This document shows, piece by piece, positions 1-8,913 of a stretch of DNA of 64,000 nucleotides. The translations under genes and the position numbers were made by a program. The notes beneath the pieces were generated by a model. That model was given only the letters and a program-made list of their open reading frames with translations. It did not search any database and had not been told where the DNA came from. Position 1 is the first letter of the stretch. Every line of letters starts with the position of its first letter. Source of the DNA: an uncultured Lachnospiraceae bacterium. Its GTDB lineage: Bacteria > Bacillota > Clostridia > Lachnospirales > Lachnospiraceae. The stretch is from positions 11,100 through 75,099 of the forward strand of contig CANQSA010000011.1 in assembly GCA_947626415.1 (NCBI GenBank). The letters are read 5' to 3'.

Positions 1-855
1 TCGGTTTCGGAACTGCAGAAGGAGCTTGAAGATATGGTAACCGCAAATCTGCGGGAGATTATTACCATTGCTTCCAAAAATCCTGAGATCCTCAAAAATA
101 TCGACAATCTCAGCCTGCCCATTACAGAACCCGACGCCTGCCTTACCGATTTACAGGAAAAGATTCAGGCAGATTTTCCGGAAGGTCCTGAGACGCATTA
201 TGAAGTTAAGTATGTTTCTGAAGCGCTGAAAGAGCACATGAGTCCGGCCTTTTATTTAACCCCGCCGATTGACGCGCCCGAAGATAACGTCATTTACATC
301 AATCCGGGCAATTCGGCTCAGACAAACCAGACGCTTTACGCGACCCTGGCGCACGAAGGATATCCCGGACACCTGTATCAGATTACATACTTCAGCCAGA
401 CCAACCCCGCTCTGGTCCGCAATCTTTTAAACTATCCCGGTTATGTAGAAGGCTGGGCGACCTATGTAGAATGTCTTTCCTATGAATACAGCGGCGCTGA
501 TCCGACAGCGGCGAGAATCTTTCAGTTAGACACCACCTATTCCCTCGGTCTGTATTCCCTGGTGGATATCGGCGTAAATTATGAGGGCTGGACGCAAAAG
601 GATACAGCTGCCTTCCTGTCCGCCTACGGCATAACCGACCAGAATACCATAAAGAAAATTTTTGATACCATGGTAGCGGAGCCTTCCAATTATTTAAGCT
701 ACAGCGTCGGCTGTATGCAGTTTATGAAACTGCGGGACGCTGCGGCTGAGCAGCAGGGAGATGCCTTTTCCCTGAAAAAATTCCATAAAGCCATTCTGGA
801 TATCGGGCCCGCGCCTTTTTCGATTATAGAAAAATATCTGCCCGACTTCCTGTAA
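1..855 (+). CDS. DUF885-family protein, C-terminal part (5' end outside window)
   Basis: The frame is open from base 1. It has an HEGYPGH metallopeptidase-like motif and a C-terminal region as I recall for DUF885 proteins. Confidence 0.65.
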   Translation, partial: SVSELQKELEDMVTANLREIITIASKNPEILKNIDNLSLPITEPDACLTDLQEKIQADFPEGPETHYEVKYVSEALKEHMSPAFYLTPPIDAPEDNVIYINPGNSAQTNQTLYATLAHEGYPGHLYQITYFSQTNPALVRNLLNYPGYVEGWATYVECLSYEYSGADPTAARIFQLDTTYSLGLYSLVDIGVNYEGWTQKDTAAFLSAYGITDQNTIKKIFDTMVAEPSNYLSYSVGCMQFMKLRDAAAEQQGDAFSLKKFHKAILDIGPAPFSIIEKYLPDFL

Positions 856-944
856 AGAAAAAAGCGTTCCATAACCGCTCTCCCGCCCGTTCAGAGATCC
901 TCTCTGCCGCAGGATATGGTCATGGAACGCTCCTTATTTATAAT

Positions 945-1121
945 TTATTGTTTTCCGCCCGCCTCAGTTTTGCTACAGTTGGCAGACATATGACAGCCGT
1001 GGCAGGCGGCGCAGTTCCCGCCGCAGATCGGGCTTTTCCCCTGCTTTTTATCCCGGCACATACTCCAGATCACCAGGATCACCAGCGCCAATATGATCAA
1101 AGCTGCAACCACAGTTCCCAT
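945..1121 (-). CDS. FeoB-associated Cys-rich small membrane protein (58 aa, below the ORF-track cutoff)
   Basis: Hand translation gives MGTVVAALIILALVILVIWSMCRDKKQGKSPICGGNCAACHGCHMSANCSKTEAGGKQ. This is one TM helix plus a Cys-rich tail, starting 17 nt downstream of the feoB stop. Confidence 0.7.
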   Translation of the reverse strand: MGTVVAALIILALVILVIWSMCRDKKQGKSPICGGNCAACHGCHMSANCSKTEAGGKQ

Positions 1122-1138
1122 TTCTGAAACTTCCTTTC

Positions 1139-3541
1139 TTATTTTTCCAAAACAACCTTCGTCTTCAATACATTGCTTTCCTTATACGGTCTTACCAGCA
1201 GATAGATCAGACCCGCCAGCAATAAAACTGCCGCTACGGTTCCGATTCCAAAGGCGCCTGTCGTAAATACGCTGCCGATCTGATATACGATCAGCGCGAT
1301 AATGTAGGCAAATACACACTGATAACCGATCGCGAACCAGAACCATTTGATATTATTCATTTCCCGCTTGATCGCGCCCATAGCCGCAAAGCAGGGAGCG
1401 CATAACAGGTTAAAGATCAGGAAGGAGTACCCTGCCAGTCTTGTCATCGCCTGGAAATCCAGTACGCCGAATACGCCGACTACCTCTTCCTTTGCGACCA
1501 GTCCCATCACCGTCGCTACTGTTGCCGTAGACTCGCCAAAGCCAAGCGGCGCAAAGATCCATTTAATGGCATTTCCGACCTTTCCTAAGATACTGTCCGC
1601 CAGGTCCATATCCGGGTTAAATCCAAACCCGTTTCCGGTATCTCCGAACACGGAGCCGGCCCAGATCACGATGGAGGACAATAGGATGATGGTTCCGGCC
1701 TTTTTGATAAAGGACCAGCCTCTTTCCCACATGCTTCTCAAAATATTTCCCGGCGTAGGCCAGTGATAAGCCGGCAGTTCCATTACAAACGGCGCGGGAT
1801 CACCGGCAAACATCTTTGTTTTTTTCAAAATAATGCCGGAAACAACGATTGCCGCTACTCCCAGGAAATAAGCACTGGGCGCTACCCACCATGCGCCGCC
1901 GAACAGCGCCGCCGTAATCAGCGCGATGATCGGCAGTTTCGCGCCGCAGGGAATAAAGGTAGTCGTCATGATCGTCATTTTCCGATCTCTGTCGTTTTCA
2001 ATGGTACGGGAAGCCATAACGCCCGGCACCCCGCATCCGGTACCGATAAGCATCGGGATAAAGGATTTTCCGGACAGACCGAACTTCCTGAAAATACGAT
2101 CCATAATAAACGCAATCCTCGCCATATAGCCGCAGGATTCCAGGAACGCCAGGAAAATAAACAGTACCAGCATCTGCGGCACAAAGCCCAGTACAGCGCC
2201 CACGCCGGCAACGATTCCGTCTAAGATCAGGCCGGACAGCCATTCGGCGCAATGGATCTTCTCTAACAGATTTCCGATCAGGACCGGAACGCCCGGCACC
2301 CATACGCCGTAATCCGCCGGATCCGGCGCGTCCGCATAAGCGCCTTCCTCATCTAACGGCAATACCTCCGCCAGATCAAATCCCGCTTCCGCCAGCGCGT
2401 CTCCATAGGAACCGTAGGCCTCGTCAAACGCACCGAAATCTCCGTCCGCAATCGCGCTCTGAAGTTCATCCGAACCGGTTACGCCTGCTGCCGCCGCCTG
2501 ATCAACCATAGCAGCCACTTCTGCCGTAAAAATATTTTCTTCCGCGTATGCGTCATTTGCTTCCTCATAATCGCCGGAGCCGATCCCAAACAGATGCCAG
2601 CCGTCGCCAAAGACGCCGTCATTGGCCCAGTCGGTCGCCCAGGTTCCTACCGTTGTAACGGAAATATAGTAAACAATAATCATAACTACCGCAAAGATCG
2701 GCAGCGCCAGGATCCGATTGGTCACGATCCGGTCGATCCGGTCCGAAACGGACATTTTTTCCCGGCCCGCTTTTTTATAACAATCCGAAATAATAGAGGC
2801 AATATATTGATAGCGCTCATTGGTGATAATGCTTTCGGTATCATCATCCATTTCCTTTTCCGCCCTCGCGGAAATATCTTCTGCGGAAGGCGGATTGTCG
2901 ATCAGCTCTCCGATCCGGTTATCCCGCTCGAACAGCTTAATCGCCATAAAGCGGCGCTGCTCCTCCGGAACATTCTCGATCCGTCCTTCAATCTCCTCCA
3001 GATAAGCTTCGACTGCTTCTGAAAATTTATGTACCCGCTGTCCCGCCTGCTTTGCGTTCGCGCATGCGACCGCTTTCTTTGCTGCCGCTTCGATTCCGGT
3101 TCCCTTTAACGCGGAAATCTCAACCACTTCACAGCCCAGCGCTTTAGACAGTTTGGAAACATTGATCTTATCTCCGTTTTTATTGACCAGATCCATCATA
3201 TTTACCGCCATTACCACCGGGATACCCAGCTCCAGCAGCTGTGTAGATAAATACAGATTCCGTTCCAGATTCATTCCGTCTACGATATTTAAGATCGCGT
3301 CCGGTTTTTCGGCGACCAGATAATTCCTGGCTACCACTTCCTCCAGCGTATAGGGAGACAGCGAATAAATACCCGGCAGATCGACAATCGTAACCGATTT
3401 ATCTCCCTTCCATTTTCCTTCCTTTTTTTCCACTGTAACGCCGGGCCAGTTTCCCACAAACTGGTTAGAACCGGTCAGCGCGTTAAACAATGTTGTTTTC
3501 CCACAGTTTGGATTTCCTGCTAATGCGATTCTTACTGACAT
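1139..3541 (-). CDS. feoB: Ferrous iron transporter FeoB
   Basis: N-terminal G-domain motif GNPNCGKTTLFN followed by a polytopic membrane domain; 800 aa; preceded by two feoA genes. Confidence 0.95.
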   Translation of the reverse strand: MSVRIALAGNPNCGKTTLFNALTGSNQFVGNWPGVTVEKKEGKWKGDKSVTIVDLPGIYSLSPYTLEEVVARNYLVAEKPDAILNIVDGMNLERNLYLSTQLLELGIPVVMAVNMMDLVNKNGDKINVSKLSKALGCEVVEISALKGTGIEAAAKKAVACANAKQAGQRVHKFSEAVEAYLEEIEGRIENVPEEQRRFMAIKLFERDNRIGELIDNPPSAEDISARAEKEMDDDTESIITNERYQYIASIISDCYKKAGREKMSVSDRIDRIVTNRILALPIFAVVMIIVYYISVTTVGTWATDWANDGVFGDGWHLFGIGSGDYEEANDAYAEENIFTAEVAAMVDQAAAAGVTGSDELQSAIADGDFGAFDEAYGSYGDALAEAGFDLAEVLPLDEEGAYADAPDPADYGVWVPGVPVLIGNLLEKIHCAEWLSGLILDGIVAGVGAVLGFVPQMLVLFIFLAFLESCGYMARIAFIMDRIFRKFGLSGKSFIPMLIGTGCGVPGVMASRTIENDRDRKMTIMTTTFIPCGAKLPIIALITAALFGGAWWVAPSAYFLGVAAIVVSGIILKKTKMFAGDPAPFVMELPAYHWPTPGNILRSMWERGWSFIKKAGTIILLSSIVIWAGSVFGDTGNGFGFNPDMDLADSILGKVGNAIKWIFAPLGFGESTATVATVMGLVAKEEVVGVFGVLDFQAMTRLAGYSFLIFNLLCAPCFAAMGAIKREMNNIKWFWFAIGYQCVFAYIIALIVYQIGSVFTTGAFGIGTVAAVLLLAGLIYLLVRPYKESNVLKTKVVLEK

Positions 3542-3556
3542 GTTCCTGTTTCCTTT

Positions 3557-3778
3557 CTACTCTACCGTTATCATTTCCGCGTCCGCTTTCCGAAGCGATA
3601 ATTCATACCCACGCACCGTAACCTCAATCGGATCGCCAAGCGGGGCGACCTTACGCACATAGATCTCTGTGCCCTTCGTAATGCCCATATCCATGATCCT
3701 CCGTTTTACAGCGCCTTCGCCTGTGATTTTTGCGACGCGGACAGTCTTGCCGCATGGCGTTTCTTTTAAAGTTCCCAT
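3557..3778 (-). CDS. feoA: FeoA family protein
   Basis: 73-aa SH3-like FeoA pattern (RRIMDMGITKGTEI...) directly upstream of feoB. Confidence 0.85.
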   Translation of the reverse strand: MGTLKETPCGKTVRVAKITGEGAVKRRIMDMGITKGTEIYVRKVAPLGDPIEVTVRGYELSLRKADAEMITVE

Positions 3779-3802
3779 AGCCGTTTCCTTTCCGATCCCA
3801 GG

Positions 3803-4012
3803 TTATACCATTATCTTATTTGCCATTTCTTTTGAGATGGCAATTCGGGATTCCTTAATGTTCACAATCACATTCCCGTTCATAACCGACACCATTTTTA
3901 CAATCGAGCCGTTTACAAATCCGAGTGACTCCAAATATCTGCGAACATCCTCCTTGCCTCCCACTTTTTTGATACTGCTTTCTTCGCCGTTTTTCATCAT
4001 AGTTAAAGGCAT
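3803..4012 (-). CDS. feoA: FeoA family protein (second copy)
   Basis: 69 aa with a FeoA-like pattern (RRYLESLGFVNGSIVKMV); first gene of the feo operon. Confidence 0.8.
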   Translation of the reverse strand: MPLTMMKNGEESSIKKVGGKEDVRRYLESLGFVNGSIVKMVSVMNGNVIVNIKESRIAISKEMANKIMV

Positions 4013-4062
4013 TTTAATCCCTCCTTTTGTCTGAGAATCTTTCTCTATTTTTCCTTTCGCAT

Positions 4063-4080
4063 AGTTAGTATATGCTAACT
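4063..4080. promoter_or_regulatory. Palindromic operator AGTTAG-N6-CTAACT overlapping the feo promoter
   Basis: Perfect 6-bp arms. It overlaps the -10 and spacer of the minus-strand promoter and resembles DtxR/IdeR-type TTAG...CTAA iron boxes. Confidence 0.5.
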
Positions 4081-4095
4081 CTTAAAACTTGTCAA
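4067..4095 (-). promoter_or_regulatory. Sigma-A-type promoter of the feoA-feoA-feoB operon
   Basis: On the minus strand: TTGACA (4095-4090), 17-nt spacer, TATACT (4072-4067). It lies about 55 nt upstream of the feoA start. Confidence 0.5.
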
Positions 4096-4135
4096 GCCAT
4101 ATTTTAAAAAAATTATCGGCAGAAATATTATTCTC

Positions 4136-4164
4136 TTGAAGAAAATGAGCAGTTATGATATGAT
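4136..4164 (+). promoter_or_regulatory. Candidate promoter of the DtxR/MntR-family regulator gene
   Basis: TTGAAG (4136-4141), 17-nt spacer, TATGAT (4159-4164). Confidence 0.45.
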
Positions 4165-4169
4165 AACTG
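4150..4169. promoter_or_regulatory. Second palindromic operator CAGTTAT-N6-ATAACTG
   Basis: Perfect 7-bp arms sharing the AGTTA-N8-TAACT core with the site at 4063-4080. It overlaps the -10 of the regulator promoter. Confidence 0.45.
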
Positions 4170-4227
4170 CATAGAGATAACTTACGGAAATCGTAATCGG
4201 ATTGGATTATTAGAGAGGATTTACGGC

Positions 4228-4599
4228 ATGAAAACACAGGAATCTCCGGAAGATTACTTAGAGGCGATCTATCTGATCATCAAGACCACCGGCGATGTGC
4301 GTTCCATCGACATTGCCAACCATTTCGGCTATTCCAAAGCCAGCGTCAGCGTTGCCATGAAGAAGCTGCGGGAGCGCGGCTATATTACCATGGACCATTC
4401 CGGCAGGATCACACTGACGAACAGCGGGCTGGAAACTGCCGCTAAAGTTTATGAGCGGCATGAGGTTCTGACCCGGTTTTTGGTCGCGCTGCATGTAGAC
4501 GAGAAAACGGCTGCCGCCGACGCCTGCCGCATGGAGCATATTTTATCGGAAGAGAGCTTCCAGGCGATCCGGAAATGGACAAATCGCCTGGAAAATTAA
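4228..4599 (+). CDS. DtxR/MntR-family metal-dependent transcriptional regulator
   Basis: SPEDYLEAIY start, winged-HTH region and metal-binding helix pattern ERHEVLTRFL; 123 aa; divergent from the feo operon. Confidence 0.85.
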   Translation: MKTQESPEDYLEAIYLIIKTTGDVRSIDIANHFGYSKASVSVAMKKLRERGYITMDHSGRITLTNSGLETAAKVYERHEVLTRFLVALHVDEKTAAADACRMEHILSEESFQAIRKWTNRLEN

Positions 4600-4601
4600 A
4601 A

Positions 4602-4648
4602 AGAACGGCTGCAAATCATATTTTCTCCTGCAGTCGTTCTTTATTTTT
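4602..4648. terminator. Hairpin plus T-run between convergent genes
   Basis: AGAACGGCTGCA ... TGCAGTCGTTCT stem (one G-T pair) followed by TTTATTTTT. Confidence 0.5.
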
Positions 4649-4673
4649 AAGTTAGCCTACGCGAACTCTTCCG

Positions 4674-5996
4674 CTATTTTTGCAGATAAACATTGCGCGC
4701 CTCGCTGACCGTATTGGCGCGTCCGCTATCCATAATGGCGATCAGCGCTTCTGTTTTTGCCACATCCATAAACTCGCTTCCCATATAATTTCCATACCGG
4801 GACATCAGCTCCGCCCGCATGTGTTTGACGACGTTTTCCTGCTCCGTCTTCTGTTTTCCGAGTTCCGCTTCCTGTCCGCGCAGCGCTTCGATCTTAGGCG
4901 TATACTGATCCTGGATCTCCTTTACGATCACCGGACGGCTGGTTGTTTCAAACTCTTCCAGCGCCGATTCCCGCTTTTTGACAACCTGCCGGATACTTTC
5001 TTCCAAAGCCGCGATCTCCGCGTCAAAATTCCCCAGATTGTAGTGACTTTCGTCCGGGTCTCTGCGAATGGCGTTCTTAATCTCCCGGATCCGCCTGTTG
5101 TTCCGATCGATCGTATTCCGCTGTGCCCGCATTTCCGTCAGGATTCCGTTATTTTTCCCTCTGGTCCATTCCCAGACTGCTGCGTAGAGCGCGATCTCAA
5201 GGACTGCCAGCCCGACCCACAGCAGCGCCTTTCCCCAGGCAGGCCATCCGGTAAGCCAGGTGATCAGCCAGGGAATCCCGATCAGACCGACCAGCCATAT
5301 GATCAAAAACAGAACTTTGGCGCGCAGTCCTTTCGGATAATACATCAGATAATACGCTTTACTGTTGCAAAAAGTGGGAATTCCTTTTTGCTTAAACAGC
5401 GAATTGATGCTTTCCCCGATTCGTTTATTTTCCTGGATCAGATCGCTGGTTTCCGTATTCATCCGGGCTTTCATCCCTTTGGTTTTTGCCTTTTCCCGGT
5501 TTCCCCGGATCGTGCGAAGCCTCGCCTGATCCTTCCCCAGCGCGTCGTCAAAGGTATTCGCCAGTTCGTCTCGCCGCTTTTTCAAAACCGCGGCGATCGT
5601 ATCCTGCATCTTCTTTTCCATCGCGGCGGTTTCCCGTTCGGCTTTGGCGTGTTTTCCCGCCGCTTCCGCCGCTTCTTTGCTTTTAGTATCCAGCAATACA
5701 AGGGCGTCCCGCATCCGTTCCAGATCCACCTTCCCGCCGGATAGGATCGTCTGTCCGTTTTCCGCGGTCCGGGCGCCTGCGGACGCTTCCTGCACCGTCG
5801 GTGCTTTCTGTGCTGATCCTTCCGCCGTCGGTGCTTTCTGTGCCGGTTCCTCTGCCTCCGGCGCATCCTCTGCCGGCTCCGTTTGTGCCGGTTCCGTCTC
5901 CTGCACCTCATCGGTAATGTATTCCACTACGGGCACTTCTTCCGCGGCGGCTTCCTCCACGATATCTTCTGTTAATTCATTATTATCTTCCTTCAT
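4674..5996 (-). CDS. Hypothetical membrane protein with acidic N-terminus and coiled-coil regions
   Basis: 440-aa ORF with an E/P/A-rich N-terminus carrying a 10-aa repeat (AQKAPT...), a central pair of hydrophobic helices, and charged heptad-like flanks. I recognise no family. Confidence 0.6.
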   Translation of the reverse strand: MKEDNNELTEDIVEEAAAEEVPVVEYITDEVQETEPAQTEPAEDAPEAEEPAQKAPTAEGSAQKAPTVQEASAGARTAENGQTILSGGKVDLERMRDALVLLDTKSKEAAEAAGKHAKAERETAAMEKKMQDTIAAVLKKRRDELANTFDDALGKDQARLRTIRGNREKAKTKGMKARMNTETSDLIQENKRIGESINSLFKQKGIPTFCNSKAYYLMYYPKGLRAKVLFLIIWLVGLIGIPWLITWLTGWPAWGKALLWVGLAVLEIALYAAVWEWTRGKNNGILTEMRAQRNTIDRNNRRIREIKNAIRRDPDESHYNLGNFDAEIAALEESIRQVVKKRESALEEFETTSRPVIVKEIQDQYTPKIEALRGQEAELGKQKTEQENVVKHMRAELMSRYGNYMGSEFMDVAKTEALIAIMDSGRANTVSEARNVYLQK

Positions 5997-6020
5997 ACAC
6001 TGCCTCCATTCTGTACGATC

Positions 6021-7118
6021 CTACAAACGCAGGGTCATATCTCCGCTTAAGATCAAATTCATTTTCCGCATTGCTTCCGCGATCGCCAGGGTGATCACGC
6101 CCGGTAAAATAAACTGCATGATCAGGATTTCCAGCAGGACAACTGCCGGCGATCCGCCCGCCGCCGTCATAGTCTGATAAGTCATGATCTGCCCCACAAA
6201 ACCGGCGCTTCCCATACCGGACCCGACCGGATTACTGGTCATTTTCAAGAATACCGTAGATATCGGCGCCAGGATCGCGCTGGATAAGATCGGCGGAATC
6301 CAGATCAAAGGCCTCCGGAATATGTTCGGCACCTGCAGCATGGAAGTTCCGACTCCCTGCGCGACCAGACCGCCGAACCGGTTTTCCCGAAAGCTGGCAA
6401 CCGCGAAGCCTACCATCTGGCAGCAGCATCCGATCGTTGCGGCACCCGCCGCCAGTCCGCTCAATCCCATCGACACGCCAATGGCCGCCGAGCTGATCGG
6501 CAGCGTTAAGATCATACCCATCAGCACCGCTACGATGATGCCGCCGATGATCGGCTGTTTATCCACATTGACGTTAACCAGTTCCCCCAGATATTTCATA
6601 GCGCTGGAAATCGGCGGTCCCAACAACAGACCGACCGCGCTGCCGCTTCCGATGGAAATCAACGGGGTCAGCACAATATCCAGCTGTGTTTTTCCCGCGA
6701 TCAGCTGTCCCAGTTCAATCGCCACAAAAGCCGCCACAAAAGCGCCCAGCGGCTCGCCCGGTCCACTGTAAATAATGGCTTCACTGAGCGCCGTCTCGCC
6801 TGCTGCCGTCGCCAGCGTCCCCGTTACCAGAACGCCCCCCGCCAGCAGCTTGGATGCGAACGCGCCTACCATGCCGGCTACCGCCGCCGACACAGTTACC
6901 AGCGGTCCCTGTTTAAACTTCACGGCAACGCCTACGCCGATCCCGGCGCCGGTCACACTGGCCGCCGCTTTTCCGATCAGATAAATATAAGATCCGATCT
7001 GGCCGGGGATCAGTTCCCCGATCTGCTGAATGATCGTTCCGATGATCAGCGTGGAGAATAATCCCAGCGCCATGCCGCCTAATCCGTCAATAAATACATG
7101 ATTCAACCACTTCTTCAT
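6021..7118 (-). CDS. Polytopic membrane protein, possibly PTS EIIC_2-family transporter component
   Basis: 365 aa, Gly/Ala-rich multi-TM. The N-terminus WLNHVFIDGLGGMALGLFSTLIIGTI resembles proteins annotated as PTS subunit IIC (recollection only). Confidence 0.45.
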   Translation of the reverse strand: MKKWLNHVFIDGLGGMALGLFSTLIIGTIIQQIGELIPGQIGSYIYLIGKAAASVTGAGIGVGVAVKFKQGPLVTVSAAVAGMVGAFASKLLAGGVLVTGTLATAAGETALSEAIIYSGPGEPLGAFVAAFVAIELGQLIAGKTQLDIVLTPLISIGSGSAVGLLLGPPISSAMKYLGELVNVNVDKQPIIGGIIVAVLMGMILTLPISSAAIGVSMGLSGLAAGAATIGCCCQMVGFAVASFRENRFGGLVAQGVGTSMLQVPNIFRRPLIWIPPILSSAILAPISTVFLKMTSNPVGSGMGSAGFVGQIMTYQTMTAAGGSPAVVLLEILIMQFILPGVITLAIAEAMRKMNLILSGDMTLRL

Positions 7119-7134
7119 AAGTTTTCCTCTTCCT

Positions 7135-7773
7135 TTATTTCTTTAAGCTCTTCTGATAGCGTTTTAAAACCGTATCCTTTTTATTTCTCGCTTCCTCGAC
7201 CGACTTAACCAGATTATACAGGGATACCAGAAACCAGATCACCGCCGCAAACCAGATCAAAACGGCGATTGACATGATAACCGCGGAATCTCCGTACCCG
7301 ATAAACTGCAGCGCGTAATAAATCGGCAGTGTGCAGCCGTATACAAAGGAGGGCAGATACAACGTATTCTTCCCGCTCTTTCCATGGTCGGCCAGCAGCT
7401 TCACAAGGCCGTAGCCCAGGTAAACGCCCATTCCCACAAAGCAGATATATTCACAGGTCTCCAGTAAAATGCTGACATAATTCGTCAGCGCTGTATCCGC
7501 TTCTAAAAGGTTCATCACGAGAATCACCGCGTAATTTCCTACATACAGGATCAGATCGGGGATTAAAATGCGCCGCATCTGTTTCACCGGTTCATTGACC
7601 GCCGCCATCTGATTCGCCCCGATCAGCAGCATGATCCTGCCGACCAGCATCGTAATAATGGAAAGGTACGGGATCTGCAGGACCGCCAGCGCCGCTCCCC
7701 AGAGAAACATACGGAGAACCTTGCTTTCCGGATCGATGTTTTGTCGGGCGTCCTGTTTTCCACTGGTATTCAT
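7135..7773 (-). CDS. Hypothetical integral membrane protein
   Basis: 212-aa ORF with about 6 hydrophobic segments; no recognised family. Confidence 0.55.
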   Translation of the reverse strand: MNTSGKQDARQNIDPESKVLRMFLWGAALAVLQIPYLSIITMLVGRIMLLIGANQMAAVNEPVKQMRRILIPDLILYVGNYAVILVMNLLEADTALTNYVSILLETCEYICFVGMGVYLGYGLVKLLADHGKSGKNTLYLPSFVYGCTLPIYYALQFIGYGDSAVIMSIAVLIWFAAVIWFLVSLYNLVKSVEEARNKKDTVLKRYQKSLKK

Positions 7774-7940
7774 ATCACTGATTTCCTTTCTTTTTTGCCT
7801 GCAAATGTACGCTGCCCCAATTGTACCCTTTTTTGGTTAAAATTACAATGCCTGCCACAAAAATTTCACCAAGATATAAATTTTTATTGGCAAACAGGCT
7901 TTCTTATGCTAGGATAAAATACAAATAAGGAGGCGGACGC

Positions 7941-8204
7941 ATGCGGATCTGGTTTAAGCTCATGAAAGATACCCGGCTTTTGCAGGATATCACCATTACC
8001 GTGAATCAGGCGGATATGACCCGGACAAAGAAAATATTTTACGCGCTGGAACAGGCATGCTGCAGGCTGGATCTGAGTCAGCCCATCTGGCTGGACCGGA
8101 ATATCACGGAATTCAAGCGCCACAACCGGACCCGGTTCCGGCAGGACAGTTTTATTGAAACCATAGCATTTGATTTTTTGGAAATGCATATTATTGAAGA
8201 GTAA
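7941..8204 (+). CDS. Hypothetical small protein
   Basis: Strong SD (AAGGAGG) 7 nt upstream of the ATG. The overlapping minus-strand ORF 7884-8222 looks non-coding. Confidence 0.5.
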   Translation: MRIWFKLMKDTRLLQDITITVNQADMTRTKKIFYALEQACCRLDLSQPIWLDRNITEFKRHNRTRFRQDSFIETIAFDFLEMHIIEE

Positions 8205-8240
8205 TGCAGTCATATTCTGCAAAATAAGAGGAGGTTAGAA

Positions 8241-8861
8241 ATGAAAGTTATTTTGGTAAACGGAGGCCCGCATGAGAAGGGCTGTACTTACACGGCGCTG
8301 TGCGAAGCGGCGTCGGCGCTGGAGAAAAACGGAATTGAAACGGAAATTTTCTGGCTGGGCGTTAAGCCGGTCGGCGGCTGTATCGGCTGCGGCGCCTGCT
8401 ATAAAACCGGCCGATGCTTTATGAACGACTGTGTGAATACGTTTCTGGAGAAAGCGCCGGAAGCGGATGGCTTTATTTTCGGAAGTCCCGTGCATTACGC
8501 GGCTGCGTCAGGAACACTGACATCCTTTATGGACCGGGTTTTCTTCGGCAAGAGCGCGCAGTTCCGGGGCAAACCGGCTGCCGCCGTATTCAGCTGCCGC
8601 CGGGGCGGCGCTTCTGCCGCGTTCGATCAGATCAATAAGTATTTTACGATCAGCGAAATGCCGATCGTCTCTTCCCAGTATTGGAACATGGTACACGGGC
8701 AGAATCCCGACGAGGTCCGGCAGGATCAAGAAGGCCTGCAGATTATGCGGACACTTGGCAGCAACATGGCATGGATGTTAAAATGTATCGAAGCCGGCAA
8801 GGCTGCCGGGATCGAGCTGCCTGCACCGGAGCAGCGGATCTCTACCAATTTTATTCACTAA
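8241..8861 (+). CDS. Flavodoxin-like NAD(P)H-dependent FMN reductase / iron-sulfur flavoprotein
   Basis: MKVILVNGGPH start, CIGCGACYKTGRC cluster motif, GSPVHY flavodoxin-fold motif. Confidence 0.8.
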   Translation: MKVILVNGGPHEKGCTYTALCEAASALEKNGIETEIFWLGVKPVGGCIGCGACYKTGRCFMNDCVNTFLEKAPEADGFIFGSPVHYAAASGTLTSFMDRVFFGKSAQFRGKPAAAVFSCRRGGASAAFDQINKYFTISEMPIVSSQYWNMVHGQNPDEVRQDQEGLQIMRTLGSNMAWMLKCIEAGKAAGIELPAPEQRISTNFIH

Positions 8862-8870
8862 GCAAAAACT

Positions 8871-8905
8871 CCGCAGCAGTGTTTGATGTAAAAACACCGC
8901 TGCGG
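8871..8905. terminator. Bidirectional hairpin terminator
   Basis: CCGCAGCAGTGTTT / AAACACCGCTGCGG stem between convergent genes, flanked by A/T runs. Confidence 0.5.
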
Positions 8906-8913
8906 GGTTTCCT

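Noticed and set aside
863-930. Possible terminator hairpin (GCGTTCCAT ... ATGGAACGC) between the DUF885 gene and the small Cys-rich ORF
   Set aside because: The arms are separated by a loop of about 40 nt and lack a clear U-run, so support is too weak to list it as a feature.
4680-5744. Long antisense or alternative-frame ORFs inside real genes (for example 4680-5744 +, 28278-29132 +, 45075-46103 +, 40733-41443 +, 57249-58073 -, 56295-56897 -, 54896-55480 -)
   Set aside because: Their translations are low-complexity, Arg/Pro/Ser-rich and lack SD sequences. They overlap strongly supported genes on the other strand, which is typical of shadow ORFs.
7884-8222. Minus-strand 112-aa ORF overlapping the plus-strand 87-aa ORF
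   Set aside because: The plus-strand ORF has a strong SD (AAGGAGG) and a plausible protein-like composition. The minus-strand ORF has neither.
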